The position numbers were made by a program, and so were the translations under genes. A model generated the notes under the pieces. That model was not told where the DNA came from, searched no databases, and was given only the letters and a program-made list of their open reading frames with translations. DNA of 40,260 nt from Nemertoderma westbladi. Its lineage: Eukaryota; Animalia; Xenacoelomorpha. The DNA lies in assembly GCA_032718475.1 (NCBI GenBank), contig JAUCBJ010000747.1, forward strand, positions 1 to 40,260, in the 5' to 3' direction. Shown piece after piece: positions 25,700-36,294 of this stretch. The stretch's first letter is position 1, and every line of letters starts with the position of its first letter.

Positions 25700-27040
25700 C
25701 CCCTTTTTACATTCGAACCGGATACAACCGAACTATGGAGGACATCATCCGTGGGGATTCTGGCAAAACGGAACCGGCGATCAACGATACCAGAGACGGG
25801 CGCAGCGGGCGTCCTCCACTACTGGTAGCGCTAAAACCACGGCGAGTTCGGTGGCACGACTTGCCAAACATGGAGCTCGGATGATCGGCTTCCGAGTTCA
25901 AGCCGAACGGGAACGGATCCGAAAGGAACAGTTGAGGGCAATAAAGGAACGAGGATGGATACATCAGGAACAGGAACATAAACTGGAAGAATTGAGGATC
26001 TCCGAGGAACGTAAACTGGAAGAACAGAAGGTCTCCGATGAACGCAGGCTGGAAAAACTGATACGAGAGGCTGCAGAGGTGGAATTCGAAGCGCGACTCT
26101 GGGAGGAAGAAGCTAAGGAGGACTGCGAGGAAGGACTCTTGGGCCGGCTTCGGGAGTTCGATGGTGAGTTGGATCTAGGAACTGAGGATGCCAGACCGCG
26201 TCACGGTGGCGCGGTCAGGGGTGAAGGGACGGACGGACCTGAACCATTCGGGTTCACCCTCTCACCTCAGGGAAACACGGAACGGTGGGCGGCAACAGAT
26301 AACTCGGGTGTCACACAGGTACGGGCGGTCATGGGGTCGGAGAGTGTACCGGTACGTACACAACGCGGCCCCCAGCCAATGGCTTCATCCTCCCCAAGGC
26401 CGGAACCGAAATCGGAGGAAGAAGGACGCGAGATTCGGGACGCGGCACAACGTCAGGGTGGCGTTGTGGCAACCCCGGTCGTAACGGACTATGGTCGGGA
26501 TGCGGTGCAATGTCAGGGTGGCATTGTAGAAGTCCCGGTCATAACGGGCCATGGCTGGGATGCGGCACGGCGCCACGGTGGCTGTTGTGGAAATCCCGGC
26601 TGTGTCGGACGACAACAACCTTCGGGCGGATAGGAAACCCTCGGGTTTATTCGAGAACTCTCGGACCGTGACAGACAACAGAGGTTAAGCCGAGGGATGT
26701 GGGGGTCGCCTACAACCTTCCGCCTACAAAGGCTTCGGCTCGACTAATGGACGACGGGGCGCCAGGGGATTACGGACGACTAGACGCCCGTGCACAACCC
26801 TTTATCCCCAGGGATCGGACTCCCCATTCTTCCACGGATCCCTGGGTAGGGTCGGTCGATTCGTTGATTGACGAACTCATCCCCGGAATGGAAACTGTAG
26901 TTCGGGGTGGCGCAATGCGAGAAGGAGATACGCAATGCGTATCCCATTGCGCCTCATAATAGCCTCTCGTCAACAAGTCAACCCCATCGACTAGTGGCAC
27001 TGGCTGTTTCAGCTGACGGGGCTCTGTCGAAAAACGCGTC
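25700..27040 (+). mobile_element. Probable Bel/Pao-type gag N-terminal remnant
   Basis: GC-rich island encoding an E/R/K-rich coiled coil, then LDARAQPFIP and SVDSLIDEL, resembling Pao gag N-termini. No downstream pol. Confidence 0.5.
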
Positions 27041-27047
27041 CCTGATG

Positions 27048-27549
27048 CAGTAAGGGCCCTCTTTTGAGGAGCAATATTATTATTGTCGTGGAACTGTTTC
27101 TACTCTCTGTGAGAAATGATAAATATTTATTTAAGGAGTATGCAGATTTTAGAATGAAATTGTATAGGGCCTACCTAAATAAGAAACCCATGTCAAAAAG
27201 TTCTTATTTAAGGACTTTTAGTATTTATGTGTACAATTTCGATGTCTTAAATAAGGTAAATTTAAAAAATCCCTCTTATTTAGGAACTGGTCGTATTTGG
27301 TGCAATTTTAAAACGCTTGTAGAAGAAAAACCGGACGGTGAAATGTTTTCTGGTTTTTTGCATTATGTTCAAGAAAGAACTAACTTTTATATTGTGAAAT
27401 AAAATTATGCGGTATTTTTTACTGAAAAAAGTTCTTGCATATTATGTTGAAAAAATATCCAAAAAAGGCCCAAAAACCCCTAAATAAGAGCCATTTTCCT
27501 TAAATAAGAACCCACTTTAGGAGCTTATTTAAGGATATGTTCCCTACTG
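27048..27549. mobile_element. Possible MITE remnant with repeated cttatttaagga motifs
   Basis: cagtaaggg... and ...ccctactg ends. The cttaaataag/cttatttaag motif recurs in both orientations. No TSD seen. Confidence 0.35.
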
Positions 27550-27856
27550 CAAGGGGCATTCTGCATTCTTACAGGCTAATATACACCATCAATAAAAAAC
27601 GACAATATTTTAATGCATACAATTTTAAATAATCAAGGTATGAGGGACATACATTTTAATCTACATACAATTTTTAAATTCAATTTGTGATTTTAATTAT
27701 TTGGTACGGGCTGACCAGTACTATATATTAAATATTTTCAGTGATTTTAATGTGATTTTAAGCGTGATGTTAACTTACAGACTTAGCCTGCATACAGGCA
27801 TACAATCATAAATTCAATTCGTAATTTTAAATAATTTGTGATACCGAGCTTTTAAC

Positions 27857-27950
27857 TAGGGCTCGATCGGAGCTCCGGCCTCCGGCTACGGCCATTTTGG
27901 CACCTCCGGCTCCTGCTCCGGCTCCGGTAAAAATATTGCCGGAGTTACAC
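27857..27950 (+). mobile_element. Left end of a hAT-like MITE related to 37392-38258
   Basis: tagggctcgatcgg followed by (ctccgg)n subterminal repeats, similar to tagggttcgatcgg + (caccgg)n. The right end is not in the window. Confidence 0.6.
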
Positions 27951-28259
27951 CTAATTTTTTAATAAAGTATTATATTTCGTGCATATTCGAATCTGAACAA
28001 TTATTTACACTAAGTACTGTAGTACAGCTTCAATATCAAGCATAATACTGCAGTATTTACTTAGCCAATGACTGACTGACTGTACTGCAGTACTGGTACT
28101 GGCCAGCTGGCTGACTAGCAGACTGTTACAGATAGGCCTAGGCCCTACCAGACTGACTGATTAGGCCCTAATGCTCTATACAGTAGGGCCTAGTACAGTT
28201 AGAACAAAAATTTATTATTAATTAATTAATTAGTTATAGTTGGGGACGTCTATTTACAC

Positions 28260-28340
28260 CAAAAACACACAAAAACTCACAAAAACACACAAAAACTCAC
28301 AAAAACACACAAAAACACACAAAAACATACAAAAACACAC
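28260..28340. repeat. (aaaaacacac)n low-complexity repeat
   Basis: 10-bp period. Reverse complement of the T/G-rich tracts at 29550-29860 and 39319-40190. Confidence 0.8.
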
Positions 28341-29549
28341 AAAAACAGACAAAAACATACGGCATATATATGAAATGCCTGCAAAGGTAATTATCATTGC
28401 GGTTTGGTTTGTTGTCTGTTTGTATGCCTGTTTGTCTGTGTGGATGTAATTAATTGTAATCCAAAACGCAATAGTCAGATAGTTATTACTGAAATACCTC
28501 TAGGCATAGTCCAGTAGTCCACACTCTACAGGTACCTTCAGTATAAATTAGATCATTGATGCACTCGATCCTCTGTGGAATCCCCATTATGAACATCACA
28601 TATATTTCGCCTGGACGGATGCATCGCGCTTATTCAATCTAAACATTACTATATGATTGTGATCAGGCAGGCAGGTTATGGTTGATATCAGTTAATGATG
28701 CCTTTGATAAATTGCGCAAAGGGCGATTATTTACTGTAATACAGTAGATAGTGTGGTTGCGTTTCCGCCAACATCTCTTTCCAAGCTTGGTGAGAATAAC
28801 TCTTCCGGGAAGAAAAATATACTCGATTTATGACTACCATCATCTGATCATATGTTGACGTCACATTAAATTCTACCTGCGAATCTGAAACTACAGTATT
28901 AGCTCGATTCATTCATACTTTGTCATTTTGTCATTATATACCGTGTCTGTATTTCATACTATGTATGCTTAACAGAGGCATACCGACACCGAGGGTGGGG
29001 GGATTAGAAAATAATTAAATAATAAAAAAAGAAAAAATTTATTATTTTATTGGGCCTATTGATGGAATAAAACACTTACAAAACCATTTTATTATTAAAT
29101 CACCCAAGGCTTGCAACAACAATGCTATTATTTACTATATTTACAATTACAAGATCGTTTAGGTAGTTTGGATTTATTAAGTATACAGTAGAGAAACGGG
29201 AAGTTTGATTTGATTGATTGGGACGATATAATAAATATATTTGCAAAAGAATCATACTGTAGTAGGCCTATAAACAACATTTTTTAAAAATGTAATAATA
29301 TTTTAATATCGGTAATAAAATCGGAATTGTAGTGGAATTGAATGTCCATGATAAAACTAATTTATTTATTACATGGGAAAGCAAGACCAGTTATAAACTT
29401 CACGGTTTATATGTTCTTAAGTTTTTTTCCCCTATGTAATATAGGCCTACGTAATTTTATTGGTACTTTGTGGCTTAATTCTTTAATAAAAGATAGAGTA
29501 ATATATTGTTACAAAATAAATGTTTTGTTTTGTTCTAAAACCAAAAAAA

Positions 29550-29861
29550 GTTTTTGTTTGTGTGTTTTGTTTGTTTTTGTTTGATTTTCTGTGTTTATGT
29601 TTGTTTTTGTGTGTTTTTGTTTGTTTTTGTGTGTTTTTGTTTGTTTTGTGTGTTTTTGTGTGAATTATTGAATTTGAGTACCAGTTAAATAACTGGGAGC
29701 AAATCTTGGGATAGTAGTAGCGCCCACCCCTACCCTCGGGTAGCAGCTATCGAAAGAGGAGCCTTCGGGTCGCCTCCGGCTTCAGCCGACTGTTTGCTTT
29801 GCTTGCTTTGTGTGTTTTGTTTGTTTTTGTTTGATTTTGTGTGTTTATGTTTGTTTTTGTG
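29550..29861. repeat. T/G-rich degenerate (gtttttgtgt)n tract, left part
   Basis: Directly visible; interrupted by a SINE-like insert. Confidence 0.85.
29669..29809 (+). mobile_element. 3' portion of a SINE/LINE-like element
   Basis: GC-rich insert with a gagg..gcc-TTCG-ggt..cctc stem-loop followed by a (tttgc)-type simple-repeat tail. Confidence 0.55.
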
Positions 29862-30208
29862 CGGTCCTACTAATTACCCCAACCTACCACAATCTACCCC
29901 AACCTACCACAATCTACCCCAACGTACCACAATATACCGCAATCTACCCCAACAATTCGATAGAGGCATCTAATTACCACAATATTATTTTACAATGGCG
30001 TCTAATTACCACAATATACCAGTATACAGAACGCAAGTGTCTATTTACCACAAGACTACACTGCATCTAATTACCACAATATTATTTTACATTGGCGTCT
30101 AATTACCACAATATACAGAATGCAAGTGTCTATTTACCACAAGACTACACTGCATCTAATTACCACAATATTATTTTACATTGGCATCTAATTACCACAA
30201 TATACAGA

Positions 30209-31103
30209 CCAGGTTGGAATTCATGCATGAGCGCGCAGGTACGCTTTGTTGTTTTGAAATCACCGCGCACCTGAAATTGGCTCGTCGCGCACCTCATCAT
30301 ATGTCATAATCCAAACAAAATCGCGCAGCTCATGTCATGCATATCTCAAAAAATCGCACAGTTCATAAGAATAATTTTACATTCCTATTTTACAAGTTTG
30401 AGCGTTTTAAGCTTATCTTTACGTCTGTCTGTCTGTACGTTGAATCTAGGCTTACATAATAAATGTAATTTTTGCAACATCAAAATTGTTAATATTAAAA
30501 AATATTTTTTTAATCCACTACTATGGTGGCCCATCGGGCTCACTGCTTTTATAACAGAAAATATTATTTTAGATTACAAACAAAACATGTACCGGTAATT
30601 TCAAAAAAACGAATATTGAAATAGGTACCAGTCTGCCAATAATACTTTGTATAGGCCTACCTAACAATTAGGCTTAAACATACAGTTGGCTTATAATTAA
30701 GTCATACTTATAATACATTGTTACTTTCTGACTTTACCTGTTTACTAACGTAACATCGGCATAGCATAGACCTAATAACAATACAACAATAGAGTACTGT
30801 AGTTAAAATAAATAGACAAATTCAGCTCCGGTTGCCGGTATTACAGTATTATGGTGAAGTGATTTGACTGTTTGAAGAATTGGAAATGAGAAACAAATGC
30901 GAGCGCAGCGAGCGAAATTTTTTTGTGTATTTTCGTGATTTCAATTAATTTGTGGTGCGCATCAGAGGCAGAGCTGCGCGCTGAGGCGCAATGCGCACCT
31001 GTCTCACACCCGAACGCGCACCTGTCTCACCCAAACGCGCATCTGGTTTGCGGTCATTCGCGCAGGTACGCGTCCGAGTTTTGCAGCATGAATTCCAACC
31101 TGG
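30209..31103. mobile_element. MITE inserted in the satellite (hAT- or P-like)
   Basis: Perfect inverted termini ccaggttggaattcatgc / gcatgaattccaacctgg. 8-bp TSD TATACAGA at 30201-30208 and 31104-31111. Confidence 0.9.
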
Positions 31104-31948
31104 TATACAGAACTCAAGTGTCTATTTACCACAAGACTACACTGCATCTAATTACCACAATATTATTTTACATTGGCATCTAATTACCACAATATACAGA
31201 ACTCAAGTGTCCATTTACCACAAGACTACACAGCATCTAATTACCACAATATTATTTTACATTGGCATCTAATTACCACAATATATAGAACGCAAGTCTC
31301 TATTTACCACAAGACTACACTGCATCTAATTACCACAATATTATTTTACAATGGTGTCTAATTACCACAATATACAGAACTCAAGTGTCTATTTACCACA
31401 AGACTACACTGCATCTAATTACCACAATATTATTTTACATTGGCATCTAATTACCACAATATACAGAACTCAAGTGTCTATTTACCACAAGACTACACTG
31501 CATCTAATTACCACAATATTATTTTACAATGGCGTCTAATTACCACAATATATCAGTATACAGAACGCAAGTGTCTATTTACCACAAGACTACTCTGCAT
31601 CTAATTACCACAATATTATTTTACATTGGCGTCTAATTACCACAATATACAGAACGCAAGTGTCTATTTACCACAAGTCTACACTGCATCTAATTACCAC
31701 AATATTATTTTACATTGGCATCTAATTACCACAATATACAGAACTCAAGTGTCTATTTACCACAAGACTACACTGCATCTAATTACCACAATATTATTTT
31801 ACATTGGCATCTAATTACCACAATATACAGAACTCAAGCAGTCAAGTGTCTATTTACCACAAGACTACACAGCATCTAATTACCACAATATTACTTTACA
31901 TTGGCATCTAATTACCACAATATATAGAACACAAGTGTCTATTTACCA

Positions 31949-32392
31949 AATTTTTTTTTTATTTTTTATTTTATTTTTTTTTTTTTTTAACCGATATGTA
32001 TATTATAATTATCGCAAAAACGCACTAAATGATCAATAGCATATTGCTTGCAGTACAGATGGTAACAACTCCATTACACAGTTACAATGAGCAATAATTA
32101 TGTAATATACCATACCAGTCCCCGCATAATCAATCAAACACTCTAAGCAAAGCCCCCTGGTATCCCGGCGCCGTCCTCAAGCCCCAAACCGCTTCGCCAT
32201 CTCACCCGCGACCCTCGCAGGCAATGGGAAGTGCCGCGGATTATCGCGAACGATATGCGTGCGCGCACCCACCCCATTACCGAACTGTATGGTTTCCCCC
32301 AGTTGGTGTGTAGGCGGTCTGCGATGATTCGCAACAGCTTATTGGCCTGCGGTGCCAGTATGCCGTCGCATGAGGCGACGAAAGGGGATAAA
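31949..32392 (-). mobile_element. Severely 5'-truncated RLE-type (CRE-like) retrotransposon, second family
   Basis: Encodes SPFVASCDGILAPQA...WVRARISFAIIRGTSHCLRGSR. Poly(A) tail (T-run 31951-31988). 11-bp TSD TCTATTTACCA at 31938-31948 and 32393-32403. Confidence 0.8.
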
Positions 32393-33131
32393 TCTATTTA
32401 CCACAAGACTACACTGCATCTAATTACCACAATATTATTTTACAATGGTGTCTAATTACCATAATATACAGAACTCAAGTGTCTATTTACCACAAGACTA
32501 CACTGCATCTAATTACCACAATATTATTTTACATTGGCGTCTAATTACCACAATATACAGAACGCAAGTGTCTATTTACCACAAGACTACACTGCATCTA
32601 ATTACCACAATATTATTTTACATTGGCATCTAATTACCACAATATACAGAACTCAAGTGTCTATTTACCACAAGACTACACTGCATCTAATTACCACAAT
32701 ATTATTTTACAATGGCGTCTAATTACCACAATATATCAGTATACAGAACGCAAGTGTCTATTTACCACAAGACTACTCTGCATCTAATTACCACAATATT
32801 ATTTTACATTGGCGTCTAATTACCACAATATACAGAACGCAAGTGTCTATTTACCACAAGTCTACACTGCATCTAATTACCACAATATTATTTTACATTG
32901 GCATCTAATTACCACAATATACAGAACTCAAGTGTCTATTTACCACAAGACTACACTGCATCTAATTACCACAATATTATTTTACATTGGCATCTAATTA
33001 CCACAATATACAGAACTCAAGCAGTCAAGTGTCTATTTACCACAAGACTACACAGCATCTAATTACCACAATATTACTTTACATTGGCATCTAATTACCA
33101 CAATATATAGAACACAAGTGTCTATTTACCA

Positions 33132-33575
33132 AATTTTTTTTTTATTTTTTATTTTATTTTTTTTTTTTTTTAACCGATATGTATATTATAATTATCGCAA
33201 AAACGCACTAAATGATCAATAGCATATTGCTTGCAGTACAGATGGTAACAACTCCATTACACAGTTACAATGAGCAATAATTATGTAATATACCATACCA
33301 GTCCCCGCATAATCAATCAAACACTCTAAGCAAAGCCCCCTGGTATCCCGGCGCCGTCCTCAAGCCCCAAACCGCTTCGCCATCTCACCCGCGACCCTCG
33401 CAGGCAATGGGAAGTGCCGCGGATTATCGCGAACGATATGCGTGCGCGCACCCACCCCATTACCGAACTGTATGGTTTCCCCCAGTTGGTGTGTAGGCGG
33501 TCTGCGATGATTCGCAACAGCTTATTGGCCTGCGGTGCCAGTATGCCGTCGCATGAGGCGACGAAAGGGGATAAA
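33132..33575 (-). mobile_element. Duplicate of the 31949-32392 insertion
   Basis: Same sequence, truncation point and TSD, offset by 1183 bp. Confidence 0.85.
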
Positions 33576-36294
33576 TCTATTTACCACAAGACTACACTGC
33601 ATCTAATTACCACAATATTATTTTACAATGGTGTCTAATTACCATAATATACAGAACTCAAGTGTCTATTTACCACAAGACTACACTGCATCTAATTACC
33701 ACAATATTATTTTACATTGGCGTCTAATTACCACAATATACAGAACGCAAGTGTCTATTTACCACAAGACTACACTGCATCTAATTACCACAATATACAG
33801 AATGAAAGTGTCTAATTACCACAATATACAGTATGGTAGTTATTAATACTCAGTGTCTAATTACCACAAGACTTCACTAATGTTTAATTACCACAATATA
33901 CAGTACGGTAGTTAGTAATACTCACACTCAGTGTCTAATTACCACAAGACTTCACTAACGTCTAATTACCACAATATATACAGAACGCAAGTGTCTAATC
34001 ACAACATTATTATTTTTTAGGTTTGACAAATATATTGGAATGACAAATGTAAATGCTCAACCGAAGTACGAATTCATTGATTGTCTCGATTATTTGTACC
34101 TTTGTGGCAAATGGGCTTGATAACGGAGCTGATTATTCGTTGATTCGCTACTGATGACTAATGAGTATTAAATAATACTCCTAATGAAATTTAACTTACA
34201 AAACTAAATGTGATTTATTGTCTTATTTAATATACATGTTGTACAGTATGTCGTTTATTTACTGTCATTTATGATTTCATCACGTAAACAAATACACAAA
34301 TGCTTTTAATAATTTTATGTTTCACTAACTACAATCATCTTTAAACCACCCACCAACACTTGATGGGGTGGGCAAATCTGAAATCAGATTTGGAATCAGC
34401 ATTGTCTAATTTTGTATAATGCATATGTTCAAAGCTTCATCCCATATAGTAAGTACTCTTATGGTCGCTGGATGCACATATCTCTGTATCTATCAATCCT
34501 TTTAATATGCTTTGAAGTACAGTATGGTATTGTTGTATATCATGCACTATATCATTTTAAAATTCACATCAGATGAGATTTTTGGATTCTGCCCCTTAAA
34601 ATCAGACAAAATCAAATTAAACGAACAGTTCCTAGATATAATTAACCAAAAGTTAAGTTTTGTGGCCAATTATTGATATCGTACCAAATGGCGCTTAGGC
34701 ACAAATTAGTGATGCTTGGGCAAGCATTTCCCAGAATTTTTTTTTACTAAACATAGCTTTGAATCGTTAGACAATGCTAAAATCGAGATTAACTGAAATA
34801 AGATGCAGGGAGGTAGACCTACAAAATGTTAATGCCAATATTTCAATATGCCCTAGGCGCAAACAATTGAATGATTGATTGATGAGTTATGCCGGGCTTA
34901 AGCTTTTGTGTGATATATCAAGAACTACTAGCTTAGCACTTGTTTTGAAGGTATCTACACCCACTAAATCGATGATTGTGGTTCAAATAAGCCTAAAATT
35001 AACTCTGTACAACAAATAGAAGCCTTCATATAAGCAAACTCCATTATATTCTGTTTGCGCGATCAAATGGTGTCCAAACGCTCAACTTCAGGGTGTTTGA
35101 GCTACCTCTAAATATATATCATTTGTGCTCAAATTTTACTCAAGGTGTTTTTTTTATCAGAAGAAAGGACTTGGGGAGGGTCAGAGGAGAATTTCCACAA
35201 CTTTTAAATTTTACATTGAAATAAGGACCACCCTACTGACTGACAGACTGAACGACCGACTGACCAACTAACCCGCCGACAGACTGACCCACCTATATAC
35301 TGTAGAACTTATTACTAATTGAAATAAACTGATTTCGTTATGGATATAATATACTGAAATTTTGCCCCATTAATTGATTTATATAAACTAAGACTATTTT
35401 TATTCGGAATTAAATGGTGTTTATACACAATTAATTTATTGGTTAATTTTATTACTTCAATAAAGTATTTAAACATACAAATTATGTATTTCCTGTGTCT
35501 CGTCCGTGTCTGGTATCCGTAATTCTTCCTTCACTGTTTTCCAGTATTTCATAGATGGGTGGGCCGATTTTATGATAAAGAGTAAAATTTTGCAGAGTAA
35601 TTAATCACGTCCATTCTGTTGAAATTTGTACAGTATGAGGTTGACATAATTTTGACTCTTCTCGCTGAAACTCTTCCACGAATAATGATGGATTGAAATA
35701 ATTCTTCTACATATTTGCTACTGTAAATATTGCTTATGATATAAATATCATTCTCCACTGCCAATTGTCATCCTACAGTAAACTGTGCCCACATATCCCA
35801 GAGCACAACAGAACCCTTGTCCTTGGATTATATTTACAAGCCCTGCCCAGCTGACTGATCAATGCCCATTCAGAAAATATACTGTACTTTATTTGATTTT
35901 TTTATTATAATTTTAGCTTTTGCCAACAATTCCATCGACTGTAAATCCTATAGACATATTTTGTATTTTATTTTATTTATTAATGTTTGTGTGTAAAGCA
36001 TTTGTGTATTTGTTTACGTGATGAAATCGTAATTGACAAGTAAATAAACGACATACTGCACAACATATTAAATAAGACAATAAATAAGTCGTAAGTTAAA
36101 TTTCATTAGGAGTATTTTTTAATACTCATTACAGTCATCAGTAGCGAATCATCAAATAGTCAGCTCCATTATCAAGCCCATTTGCCACAAAGGTACAAAT
36201 AATCGAGACACATCAATGAATTCGTACTTCGGTTGAGCGTTTAGATTTGTCATTCCAATATATTTGTCAAACCTAAAAAATAATACTGTTGTGA

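Larger units (their letters stand above)
29965..34000 (+). repeat. 89-bp tandem repeat array (left arm)
   Basis: Unit tatacagaactcaagtgtctatttaccacaagactacactgcatctaattaccacaatattattttacattggcatctaattaccacaa, made of three ~30-bp subunits sharing TCTA(A/T)TTACCACAA. Confidence 0.95.

Noticed and set aside
7893-26678. Short antisense or alternate-frame ORFs overlapping TE coding regions
   Set aside because: They are shadows of GC-richer TE ORFs with no independent motifs.
34148-34192. Possible hammerhead ribozyme (CTGATGA...hairpin...GAAA)
   Set aside because: Stem II does not close adjacent to the core motifs, and stems I and III could not be formed.
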